A stretch of DNA of 64,000 nucleotides from Acidobacteriota bacterium (GTDB lineage: Bacteria > Acidobacteriota > JAAYUB01): assembly GCA_012517875.1 (NCBI GenBank), contig JAAYUB010000095.1:787-64786 (forward strand), read 5' to 3'. Made by a program: the position numbers and the translations under genes. How positions within the stretch are numbered: the first letter of the stretch is position 1; every line of letters begins with the position of its first letter. Of the stretch, positions 29,053 to 37,588 are shown piece after piece. The notes beneath the pieces are model-generated. The model was not told where the DNA came from. It saw nothing but the letters and a program-made list of their open reading frames with translations, and made no database searches.

Positions 29053-30471
29053 TCAATGTGCCGACGGCTCCGGCAATGTGTCGAGGATCGCGGGGCGCGC
29101 GCCGAACGGCGCGGTGATCACCCGGGCCGGTCGCAGCATCCCGGTGTGGCGGGTGATCATCTGCTCCGTCCGCCGGGCGATCTCGGCAAGCTGGCCGACG
29201 GGGAAATCCCGCAGCCGGCAGACCGGCCGGGTGATGGAGAACTCATTGTAGTACCGATAGTCGCGGTGCAGGATCTCGAGGCCGAACGCCGCCGGATCCT
29301 TCCACGGCCGCGTGCCGGGCAGCGGCACGAAGACGCCGAAATCGGCGCTGGTGATCAGGTCGTCCCGGAACAGGCCGTCCAGCTTGGTCAGCGCGTCCGC
29401 CGCCTCAACCGGGTCGTCCCCCGGATGGCCGATCATCCACTCTGCCTTGATCATGAAATCGTGGTCCCGCAGGGCCCGGCACATGGCGATGGTCCGCGAC
29501 CAGGGGCGCTTTTTGCCCATGGCCGCCAGCACCTTCTCGGACGAGTTCTCGATGCCGAGCCAGATGGTGCCGACGCCCGCCTGGCGCAGCGCCGCCAGAG
29601 TCTCCCGCTTCGCCGCGTCCAGGGGCTCCACCGTCAGGTTCATGAAGAACGCCGGCGGCAGGCACTGCCGCACGCCCCGCAGGCCGCGGATGAGCCGGGC
29701 CAGCTCCGGCGAGGCGAGCCACTGGGAGCTGTCCTCGATGCCCATCATCCGGGCGCTGTAGCGATCGGCCAGACCGGCGATCTCCCCGACGAGCCGCTCC
29801 ATCGGCAGGCTGCGCTCCCGGCCCCAGAACGCGGCCTCGGCGCAGAACGCGCACCGGTACCGGCAGCCGCGGTGGATCATGCCGTAGACCTGGCACCGCT
29901 GGATGAACTCGGCCGGGAACAGCCCGAAGTCCACGGGCGGCAGCGCGGTCAGGTCACCGGGGGGGCGCGGCGACGTGCGGACGGTGGCGCCGTCGCGCCG
30001 GAACGTGAGGCCCCGGACGCCCGCCGGGTCCCGCCCCGCCTCGCGGGCGGCCAGCCATTCGGCCATCGTCCACTCGCCTTCGCCGCGAACCACGCAGTCG
30101 ACCGCGGGATCGGCGGCGGTCTCGGCGTCGGTGAAGGTGACATGGGGACCGCCGATGACGGTGACGATGTCCTCCCGAAACGCCTTGACCAGACGGAGTA
30201 TCTCGATGCTGGTGTGGTAGCCGATGGTGTACGGGCAGCCGACGCCCACCACGTCGGGCTTGAATTCGGTCAGCACCGACTCGATGATGGAGCGAATGAC
30301 CGCCGGCGGCGTCACGTCGGCCACCGCCGCGTACGACAGGGGCAGCACCGCGACCGGCCAGCCGTTGGCCCGCAGGAACGACCCGATCTGGGCCAGCCCG
30401 CGGGGGAACACCATCCGGTTCGGCTGGCTGGCCAGTCGGGGCGGTTGGATCAGCAGGATACGCTGTTTCAT
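29053..30471 (-). CDS. B12-binding-domain radical SAM protein (class B), stand-alone.
   Basis: The N-terminal cobalamin-binding-like Rossmann region is MKQRILLIQPP...VVGVGCPYTIGYHTSIEILRLVKAFREDIVTVIGGPHVTF. The radical SAM motif is CRYRCAFC. It is 472 aa with no neighbouring same-strand gene. Confidence 0.85.
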   Translation of the reverse strand: MKQRILLIQPPRLASQPNRMVFPRGLAQIGSFLRANGWPVAVLPLSYAAVADVTPPAVIRSIIESVLTEFKPDVVGVGCPYTIGYHTSIEILRLVKAFREDIVTVIGGPHVTFTDAETAADPAVDCVVRGEGEWTMAEWLAAREAGRDPAGVRGLTFRRDGATVRTSPRPPGDLTALPPVDFGLFPAEFIQRCQVYGMIHRGCRYRCAFCAEAAFWGRERSLPMERLVGEIAGLADRYSARMMGIEDSSQWLASPELARLIRGLRGVRQCLPPAFFMNLTVEPLDAAKRETLAALRQAGVGTIWLGIENSSEKVLAAMGKKRPWSRTIAMCRALRDHDFMIKAEWMIGHPGDDPVEAADALTKLDGLFRDDLITSADFGVFVPLPGTRPWKDPAAFGLEILHRDYRYYNEFSITRPVCRLRDFPVGQLAEIARRTEQMITRHTGMLRPARVITAPFGARPAILDTLPEPSAH

Positions 30472-30670
30472 GGGGCCTCGCCGGCCATTATCCCCCCGCC
30501 CCGCAGCGCCGTCAAGGCGCCGTCCACCGTCCCGGAATCATGAGCGTCCGACAAATCCCGCCTCGCGACGCGACCGTGACGCACCGGCCAGCACCGATCC
30601 AATTTTCTTGCCAGCTCAAGAATAGACCGTATAATGCTGCTCTGATTGTCAGGAGGAGCAGGCCGCGCGC

Positions 30671-31297
30671 ATGAGCATCACCGCCTGGATCGCCGAGCAT
30701 GTCACCCGGTTCATCGACTCGACGGGCTACATCACCATTTTCATTGCCATGGTGTTGGAAAGCATGGTGTTCCCCCTGCCCAGCGAGGCGGTGATGCCGT
30801 TCGCCGGTTTCCTCATCGCCGAGGGGCGGTTCTCCTTCTTCGGTGTGATCGCGGTGAGTACTCTGGCCAGCTTCGTCGGTTCGCTGCTGTCCTACTGGAT
30901 GGGGCAATACGGCGGCCGCCCTTTCATCACCCGCTACGGCAAGTACTTCCTGCTGGATCCCCACGACCTGGCAATCACCGAGCGGTTCTTCGCGCGGCGG
31001 GGCGAGCTCGCGATCCTGATCTCCCGCTTCATCCCGGTGGTCCGCCACCTGATCTCCATCCCGGCGGGCATCGCCCGGATGAACCTCGTCAAGTTCTCCA
31101 TCTACACCGCGATCGGCGCCGGTCTCTGGAACGCCTTTCTCACGGTCGTGGGCTATTACCTGAAGCAGAACTGGCACCTGGTCATGGAGTACAGCCACGT
31201 CGTGGACATCGTGGTGGTGCTGATCCTTGTCACCTTGGCGGGTTTGTTCGTGTATCGCCACCTTGCGCGCAGGAAACCCACCGCAGCGACCCGGTAG
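30671..31297 (+). CDS. DedA/SNARE-associated (TVP38/TMEM64) family membrane protein.
   Basis: The characteristic DedA motifs are ESMVFPLPSEAVMPFAGFL and FIPVVRHLISIPAGIARMN. Confidence 0.85.
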   Translation: MSITAWIAEHVTRFIDSTGYITIFIAMVLESMVFPLPSEAVMPFAGFLIAEGRFSFFGVIAVSTLASFVGSLLSYWMGQYGGRPFITRYGKYFLLDPHDLAITERFFARRGELAILISRFIPVVRHLISIPAGIARMNLVKFSIYTAIGAGLWNAFLTVVGYYLKQNWHLVMEYSHVVDIVVVLILVTLAGLFVYRHLARRKPTAATR

Positions 31298-31415
31298 CCC
31301 GAATCGAACGGGGTGGCTCCCCGGCAACGTCGTCGCGGCGAGCTACCGGATCAAGCCCGCCTTACGTATTTTCTTGCCGGCCGCGTCGGCGATTTCTCTG
31401 ACCGGCTTTTGGATA

Positions 31416-31859
31416 TCATTCGGATCGGTCGTCTTGCACAATCCTGCCCAGACCAGGGAATCCTGCTCGATGGAGTAAACCAGCGTCTCCAGCGATACGA
31501 CGGTATTGGAATTCTGTAGCCCGGCGAGTAGACGTGGACCAGCTGTAATCCCAGTAACCCCAAAAGCCGGCACAGTAAGGCCCGGCGTACCAGGCAGTGC
31601 CCGGCATATCACGGAGTTCCTCCTCCTTCCCCGCCACGCAATCCACGCCCCGGCCACACAGCTCCGCGGCCAGCGTCTCTTCGGGACCCAGCCGCATGGA
31701 TTCGTCCGCGCTGATCACGAAGGTCGCCACCTTCTTGCCCGTCCGGTCCAGTGGATCGGCGATCGGGTTCTTCCACGTCGACACGTAACTCACGGAACCC
31801 GCCAGGGTCAGGACGGCTAGACCCAGGAAGGCGATTGTAGAACAGACCAGGTTCTTCAT
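31416..31859 (-). CDS. Secreted Trp/Tyr-rich hypothetical protein (signal peptide MKNLVCSTIAFLGLAVLTLAGS); the 3' part may be frameshifted into the ORF ending at 31343.
   Basis: The signal peptide plus WYAGPYCAGFWGYWDYSW segment is protein-like. After about nt 31530 this frame becomes Arg-rich (STSTRRATEFQYRRIAG). The +1 frame is protein-like (TVVSLETLVYSIEQDSLVWAGLCKTTDPNDIQKPVREIADAAGKKIRKAGLIR, stop 31343). Confidence 0.45.
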   Translation of the reverse strand: MKNLVCSTIAFLGLAVLTLAGSVSYVSTWKNPIADPLDRTGKKVATFVISADESMRLGPEETLAAELCGRGVDCVAGKEEELRDMPGTAWYAGPYCAGFWGYWDYSWSTSTRRATEFQYRRIAGDAGLLHRAGFPGLGRIVQDDRSE

Positions 31860-32095
31860 TGTGCACCCACTCCACTCCGACTCAGGCGCCCGTATTCGGC
31901 ACGGCCTCAGATGTCAAGGGACAACCAGTCGCTGGCAACCGTTTCAGCTTGGCATGGGTGACAAAGGATCGGAATGCTGGAACATGGACAATAGGCTCAG
32001 CGCGTGGCAAAACGTCGCCTCGGCCCGGGAGTCCGCGCCCCCGCACCTCAACTCGGCCGTGCCCGGACGCACGCGTCTGCACCGGACGCCGAAAG

Positions 32096-32126
32096 CCCGG
32101 CACCCGGCGGAAACGCCGGGTGCCGG
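32096..32126 (-). terminator. Probable terminator of the yegP-like gene: perfect 13-bp stem with a GAAA loop.
   Basis: The sequence cccggcacccggcg-gaaa-cgccgggtgccgg lies 30 nt 3' of the stop at 32157. On the minus strand it is followed by GCTTTCGG (weak U-tract). Confidence 0.5.
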
Positions 32127-32156
32127 ATCGTGCCCAAATTGTGACGGTAATCGCGT

Positions 32157-32489
32157 TCAGGAACAGTCGCTGATCTTGGCGACGGGGCCGTTCTTCTTCA
32201 CCGATGCAATGCCCTTCTCCATGGACGCGGCGGATTTGTAGAGCTCGCTCTTGCCGATGACCTGGAGGTTCGCCGCCTTCAGGACGAAGAAATGCTGCCC
32301 GTCCTTGGCCACCTTCCGCTCGTAGCGGTCGTCGTACGCCGCGTTCTTCTGGACCGAGGCGATCCCGTTCTCCGCGGCGGGCTTGGTGTTGTACAGCTCG
32401 CTGGTCAGGATGACCTGTCCGTTGGCGGCCTTCAGGTTGAATGTGAACTGTCCGCTCTTGCTCTTCTTCAGCTCAAACTTTGCAGCCAT
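32157..32489 (-). CDS. YegP/UPF0339 family protein (tandem DUF1508 repeats).
   Basis: Two ~50-aa repeats are FELKKSKSGQFTFNLKAANGQVILTSELYNTKPAAENGIASVQKNA and FVLKAANLQVIGKSELYKSAASMEKGIASVKKNG. GC is about 55% versus about 70% background. Confidence 0.85.
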   Translation of the reverse strand: MAAKFELKKSKSGQFTFNLKAANGQVILTSELYNTKPAAENGIASVQKNAAYDDRYERKVAKDGQHFFVLKAANLQVIGKSELYKSAASMEKGIASVKKNGPVAKISDCS

Positions 32490-32643
32490 GTCAATCTCCT
32501 CCTCTTGGGTGGAATGAATAAACCGTTCGAAGCGAGTGGTCGCTGCGGTGTCCGCCGCACTTCCCGGGGAGTGGAAGTCCGGCGGTCCGGAGCGCGGATC
32601 GCACCGGGCGGGCGGAGCCGCCCGGCGGATGACCGCGTGGTGT

Positions 32644-33021
32644 TCAGCGCTTGGGGATCACCAGCTTTTGGCCCACCTTGATCAGGTTCGGGTCCTTCAG
32701 GATGTCCTTGTTGGCGTTGAAAATTTCCATGTACCGCTTGGCGTCGTCCAGGTGGGTTTTGGCGATCTTGGACAGCGTGTCGCCCGGCTGGACGGTGTGA
32801 ATGCCGTGGATGTCCGACCGGTCGGCCTTGATGTCCACCGAGAGCTCTTTCTGCCAGTCGGTGTACTGCTTGATCTTGTCCCAGAACAGGTCTTTCTCCA
32901 GCTGGTAAGTGGTGGCACCCTTGATGACGAGCTTGCCGCCTTCTTCCTTGACCAGGAAGTCGCGAATTTCCAACCGCGTCGCCAAGGTCATCAATTCCTG
33001 GTACTTGTCAATCAAAGCCAT
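32644..33021 (-). CDS. LysM-domain protein (N-terminal small domain + C-terminal LysM).
   Basis: The C-terminal LysM is HTVQPGDTLSKIAKTHLDDAKRYMEIFNANKDILKDPNLIKVGQKLVIP. GC is lower (~50%) than surrounding genes. Confidence 0.8.
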   Translation of the reverse strand: MALIDKYQELMTLATRLEIRDFLVKEEGGKLVIKGATTYQLEKDLFWDKIKQYTDWQKELSVDIKADRSDIHGIHTVQPGDTLSKIAKTHLDDAKRYMEIFNANKDILKDPNLIKVGQKLVIPKR

Positions 33022-33058
33022 AATGCCTCCTTGCGGGTTGTGATGAAATAAATGTCAT

Positions 33059-33076
33059 CGGCCGCACGGGCGGCCG
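33059..33076 (-). terminator. Small hairpin between the DUF937 gene stop and the LysM gene start, followed by a T-rich stretch on the minus strand.
   Basis: The sequence cggccgc-acgg-gcggccg reads on the minus strand as hairpin + ATGACATTTATTTCATCAC. Confidence 0.4.
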
Positions 33077-33105
33077 TCCGGATGGTCGCTGATGGATTCG
33101 GCGGA

Positions 33106-33654
33106 CTAACCGCCGAAGAGCTTGCCCAGCATGCCCATCAGGCCGCCGGCGGAGCTGTCTTCGCCGCCGCCCAGAATCGAGGCCAGAATGTCCATCCCGC
33201 CGCCGGCCTGGCCGAACGGCGACTGTGGCGCGGCCGGCGCGTTGGTCTGGCGACTCAGCGAGCCCATCAACAGGCTGGCCACGATGGGCAGCATCTTTTT
33301 CAGAATGTCCGTGCCGATACCGGTCTGCTGCGATGCCTGGGCGGCGACGGCCCGGCTCACGTCCTTGCTGCCCAGGATGTGCCCCAGGATGCCGTTGCCG
33401 TCCATGATGTTTTCGGCCGAGCCCAGGATGCCCGGGTTGTCGAGGTACTGCTGGTGGCCGCCGCCGGCCAGCGCCTGGAACAGGCTGTCCATTCCGCCTT
33501 CCTGCTTGACGTTCCGGGAGAGCCCCGCCTGCAGCGCCGGCAGCAGGCTGGCCACCGCCGACTGCGCCTGATCCTCCTGCAATCCGAACTGCTGGGCGAT
33601 CTGGCTGATGGCCCCGCCGCCCCCCGTGTTGAGAAGCAATTCCATTAGGTCCAT
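33106..33654 (-). CDS. DUF937-family protein (Gly-rich, low complexity).
   Basis: The N-terminus is MDLMELLLNTGGGGAISQIAQQFGL. Repeated GGG..L motifs and ILGSKDVSRAVAAQASQQTG follow. The pattern was recalled from DUF937. Confidence 0.7.
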   Translation of the reverse strand: MDLMELLLNTGGGGAISQIAQQFGLQEDQAQSAVASLLPALQAGLSRNVKQEGGMDSLFQALAGGGHQQYLDNPGILGSAENIMDGNGILGHILGSKDVSRAVAAQASQQTGIGTDILKKMLPIVASLLMGSLSRQTNAPAAPQSPFGQAGGGMDILASILGGGEDSSAGGLMGMLGKLFGG

Positions 33655-33912
33655 AGAACCTCTCCTGATTTGATTTGCGACAGTTGTTTTTGCATGTCTA
33701 TTTTATTGTTGATTCAGCAAAGTCAATAGAAGTTTCAAAAAAGTTACGAGGTGCGAAAAATACTCCGATCCGCTCCACCGACGGCTCATCGTGATGACGG
33801 ACAAACGCTGTCCTTGCATCATGAGATATTGATCCGCGACCCGGCTGTCAGATTGCGACAGTCGATTCACACGTGAAGGAGTTGTCGGCGCGATCGACCG
33901 GAGGCGGGCCGG

Positions 33913-36396
33913 CTAAAAATCGATTTCGAACTTGCCACGGAACTGCCGGCCCACGCCGTTGTAAAAGGTGCCGAAGGCGGGGCTGTCCACGTTGTTCTGG
34001 ACGTCGCGGGGATTCCAGTGATTCGTGAGATTGTAGATCTTGATGCCGATCTGGGTGCGGTACACGCGGTTCCGGAACTTGATGTCCACCTTTTTCATCA
34101 ACGTGAAATCCAGCGAGGCGAACAGCGGGAAGCGGCCGCCGCGGTTGCGGGCGCCGACGAAGCGCTGCTCCTCGTCCACCAGAGAGTACGGGAAGCCGTC
34201 GCGGATCTCCAGCAGCGGCGCCAGAATGATTCCGAACGGCAGGTTGGCGATCCCGGTGACCAGGAACCGGTCCGGCACGTCGAACGGCTGCGGCCCCACC
34301 TCGTCCGCCCGGATGACGGGATAGTGGTAGTTGCCGAAGTACAGCTCGAAGGCGTTGAGGTTGCCCACCGCCGACGAGCGCACGTAGGAGACGGTGACTT
34401 CGTCCGCTTGGCGGAAGCGGTACCGCAGGCTGACGAGCCACTCCTTGTAACTGGAACTGCCCCGGTTGCTCAGCACCAGGGCCGGCGTCTCGCCGGCCAC
34501 CGGGTCGACCACCAGGTCGTCCCGCTGCTCGCGGTTCTGATAGCCGGCCCGCGCCCAGAGCCCGCGGGTGATCTCGCGGTCCAGCTCCAGGTTCCAGGTC
34601 AAGGAGTAGGCGTTGTCCAGCCGCCCGCCCCCCAGGACGTTGATGAACGTGACCGGCCCGCCCACCACCGTTTCACCGTCGGCGGCGTAGTTGGTCACCC
34701 GGAACTGCTGGTATTGTGTGAAGGCGCCGGCGTTGAGGGGGATCTTGTCGTAGAAGACGCCGAGGCCGCCCCGGATCACCGTGCGTGGATCCTTCGGAAA
34801 GGGCAGCCAAGCGAATCCGGCCCGGGGCGCGATGTGGAACCGATCGCCCAGCGAATCCCAGTCGAGCCGCACCCCGGCGTCCAGCGTGAGCGGCGCCCCG
34901 ATCTGCCAGCGGTCCTGGGCGAACGCGGTGCACTCGGTCACCCCCCGCGACAGCGCCCCCGCCCCGACAAACTCGAACCGCTGAAACCGCGTCCCATCGG
35001 CGCGGCGGATGACCGTCTCCCGGCTCCGGTCGGTGCCGTCGAAGGCGGAGTGCGAGACCACGTAACCGAACTTCGGGTTGTGCAGCCCGTGCCAGCGCGA
35101 CTGGTTCAGGGTGAGGGTCTGCGCCCACTCGTAGCGGCGGCTGAAGCGGTCCTGGGTGTTGTAGAACCCCCCGCGCCACGTTTCCGGAGTGATGGTCATG
35201 GGATCCAGTGATTGGCCCCAGACATGGGCGTCCAGCTGCTTGACCGACAAGGAAGATTCCATCAGCGCATTCAGGTTCAGGATCATCCGGTCGGCGAACG
35301 CGAAGAAGTATCCCCGCTGGCGGTAGTTGGGGGTCACCGCGGGCGGATGGAACGTGTCCAGATTGACATACTTCAGGTTCTGGGGATAGATGGACAGCAC
35401 CGCCGTGACGTCGTGCGTGTCGCCGGGATCCCAGTCGATGCGGGTGAAGGAGTCGAAGGTCTCAAGCCGGGTCACGTTGTTCGGCTCCGGCAGCGAGGGC
35501 ACGTCGGTCAGGATGAAGCGGTACTCGAGGTGCTGGGTGAACCAGACGCGATTGCGCGCCAGCGGCCCGGCCAGGGCCAGCCGCGGCGTGAACGATTCGA
35601 AGCCGCGGGTGCTGCCGTCCACCCAGCGCAGGCGCGGCATGAAGTTCGTCAGGAGGAACTTGAACGTGTCAGTGCCCCGCCGGGTTTCGATGGTGGTGAC
35701 GGCGCCCGTGAACTTGCCGTATTCGGCCGCGTACGGGTTGGCGTGCACCTTCACGCTTTCGATGGCCTCGATGGGCAGTTCCATGGCGTACTGGCCGGTG
35801 ACCGGATCGGTCACGTTGACCGAGTTGACCAGCAGGCCGCTCTGGCTCGCCCGCGCCCCCTTCAGGTTCAGCAAACCGTCGGGTCCGCGGACCACCCCGG
35901 GCAGCAGCGGCAGCGCGTCCTGAAACTTCTCGTTCACCAGAGGCGCCGTGCGGAGCAGCTCCTCGCGCAGCTCCGCCGGCAGCGTCGGCTGCCGGACCTG
36001 CTCCTGCTCGCTCTCGGCCACCACGTCCACGGAGGCGGCGAGCTGTGCCAGCGGCAGCGTCAGCTCCACGTCCAGCGCCTGTTCCCGGAGCACGGTGACC
36101 TTGCGGCGCGTGGTCACGAACCCGTCCATCGCCGCCTGGACGACGTACGCACCGGCCGCCACATCGGCGAACTCCACGCGGCCGTCGTCGCCGGTGAAGC
36201 TCTGCAGCGGCTGCTCCCGGGCCTCCGGCTGCAGAGTCACGGTGGCCCCGGGCAGCGGCTGCAGCTCCCCCGAGGGGAGCGCGAACCGGACCGTGATCCG
36301 CACCGGCCCCGCGGCGCCGGCCCAAACGGGGCAGGCCGCCATCAGGATCACGGCCGCCCATCCCAGCCGCAGGGCTCTGTCATGGGTACGTCGCAT
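33913..36396 (-). CDS. TonB-dependent-receptor-like outer membrane beta-barrel protein with an N-terminal carboxypeptidase-regulatory-like domain.
   Basis: It has a signal peptide MRRTHDRALRLGWAAVILMAACPVWAGAA. The Cna-B/CarbopepD_reg-like region is VRITVRF...TVTLQP...DGRVEFADVAAGAYVVQAAMDGF. A long beta-rich region ends in an aromatic residue (..FEIDF). The start is chosen at MRRTH (36396); the six-frame ORF extends to 36519. Confidence 0.8.
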   Translation of the reverse strand: MRRTHDRALRLGWAAVILMAACPVWAGAAGPVRITVRFALPSGELQPLPGATVTLQPEAREQPLQSFTGDDGRVEFADVAAGAYVVQAAMDGFVTTRRKVTVLREQALDVELTLPLAQLAASVDVVAESEQEQVRQPTLPAELREELLRTAPLVNEKFQDALPLLPGVVRGPDGLLNLKGARASQSGLLVNSVNVTDPVTGQYAMELPIEAIESVKVHANPYAAEYGKFTGAVTTIETRRGTDTFKFLLTNFMPRLRWVDGSTRGFESFTPRLALAGPLARNRVWFTQHLEYRFILTDVPSLPEPNNVTRLETFDSFTRIDWDPGDTHDVTAVLSIYPQNLKYVNLDTFHPPAVTPNYRQRGYFFAFADRMILNLNALMESSLSVKQLDAHVWGQSLDPMTITPETWRGGFYNTQDRFSRRYEWAQTLTLNQSRWHGLHNPKFGYVVSHSAFDGTDRSRETVIRRADGTRFQRFEFVGAGALSRGVTECTAFAQDRWQIGAPLTLDAGVRLDWDSLGDRFHIAPRAGFAWLPFPKDPRTVIRGGLGVFYDKIPLNAGAFTQYQQFRVTNYAADGETVVGGPVTFINVLGGGRLDNAYSLTWNLELDREITRGLWARAGYQNREQRDDLVVDPVAGETPALVLSNRGSSSYKEWLVSLRYRFRQADEVTVSYVRSSAVGNLNAFELYFGNYHYPVIRADEVGPQPFDVPDRFLVTGIANLPFGIILAPLLEIRDGFPYSLVDEEQRFVGARNRGGRFPLFASLDFTLMKKVDIKFRNRVYRTQIGIKIYNLTNHWNPRDVQNNVDSPAFGTFYNGVGRQFRGKFEIDF

Positions 36397-36502
36397 CGGT
36401 CCGCTCGCCTCGCCGGTTGGAGTGTGTCCGGCCTCCGGGCCGGGTGGGGCGCCGACCGGCGGACCAGCCGGCGCGCTCCGGATCAGACGTCGCCAGGGAC
36501 AT

Positions 36503-37531
36503 TCAGGCCGTCCCCTCACCCGCCTCCCCGCCGGCCTCGGCGCGGGGGGACGCCAGCGGATCGCCGTGGCGGATCACCTTCTCCACGGCATAGATGGTCC
36601 TCTGGCTGGACTCGAAGTAGACGCGGGTGAGCATTTCGCCCAGCAGTCCGAAGCAGACGAGCTGCACGCCCGCCAGCACCAGCAGCACGGCGAACATCAG
36701 CAGGGGCGCGTGCTGCGTGAACACGTCACCGCCCAGCAGCAGCTTCTTGGCCACCAGGAACAGCCCGGTGCCGACCCCGCCGACCAGGCACAGGAGACCC
36801 GGCCGGCCGAAGAAGTGCAGCGGCCGGGTGATGTACTTGAGCAGGAAGCGGATGGTGATCAGGTCGAACATCACCCGGAACGTGCGCATGATGGTGTAGT
36901 GCGAGCGGCCGTGCTGCCGCTTCCGGCTGTTGATGGGCACCTCTCGCACTCGGGCCCCGTACGCCAGCGCCAGTGCCGGGATGAACCGGTGCAGGTCGCC
37001 GTAGAGCCGGACCTGCGAGAGGATGTCCCTCCGGTACGCCTTGAACGTGGTCCCGAAGTCGTGGATGTCGAGCCCGGAGAAACGGGCCATGATCCAGTTG
37101 GCGATGCGCGACGGCAGCTTGCGGGACAGGAACGGATCGATCCGCTCCTTGCGCCAGCCGCTGGCGATGTCACAGGTGTCCTCCCGGACCGGTTGCAGCA
37201 GGGCCGGAATGTCGGCGGGGTCGTGCTGCAGGTCGCCGTCCATGCTGATGACGATCTCCCCGCGAGCATGGTCGAAGCCCGCCGCCAGGGCGCCGGTCTG
37301 GCCGTGGTTACGCCGCAGTTTCACGCAGACCACCCGCGGATCGCGGCGGACCAGGGCGAGGATGGCGTCCACGGAGCCGTCGGTGCTCTTGTCATCGACA
37401 AAGATCAGCTCGTACGCAGCGGTGATCCCGGCCATGGTCCGGGTGATCTCCTCGTAGAGCAGCGGGATGTTCACCTCCTCGTTATGAAACGGAACGACGA
37501 TGGAAACCGCTGGGGCTGTCGATTGGTTCAT
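36503..37531 (-). CDS. GT2-family glycosyltransferase, polyprenyl-phosphate sugar transferase type (ArnC/DPM1-like).
   Basis: The motifs are SIVVPFHNEE, IFVDDKSTDGS and DGDLQHDP (DxD region). There are two C-terminal TM helices typical of ArnC-like enzymes. The AAGGATGG SD is before ATG 37531. Confidence 0.85.
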   Translation of the reverse strand: MNQSTAPAVSIVVPFHNEEVNIPLLYEEITRTMAGITAAYELIFVDDKSTDGSVDAILALVRRDPRVVCVKLRRNHGQTGALAAGFDHARGEIVISMDGDLQHDPADIPALLQPVREDTCDIASGWRKERIDPFLSRKLPSRIANWIMARFSGLDIHDFGTTFKAYRRDILSQVRLYGDLHRFIPALALAYGARVREVPINSRKRQHGRSHYTIMRTFRVMFDLITIRFLLKYITRPLHFFGRPGLLCLVGGVGTGLFLVAKKLLLGGDVFTQHAPLLMFAVLLVLAGVQLVCFGLLGEMLTRVYFESSQRTIYAVEKVIRHGDPLASPRAEAGGEAGEGTA

Positions 37532-37588
37532 CACACCCATCCTTGTGCCGGCCGCCCCCACAGGCACGGCCGGCTGAAGTCGCGGCGA

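Noticed and set aside
31298-31330. tRNA-like T-arm-like string (cgaatcgaacggggtggctcc) after dedA; similarly gcgttcgaacgggg at 45788.
   Set aside because: No acceptor stem, D-arm or anticodon arm can be built around either. They are isolated matches to GTTCGAA-like words.
32560-32640. Candidate terminator hairpins downstream of the LysM gene (gggcggagccgccc).
   Set aside because: Only short imperfect stems with no U-tract on the minus strand. Not convincing as an intrinsic terminator.
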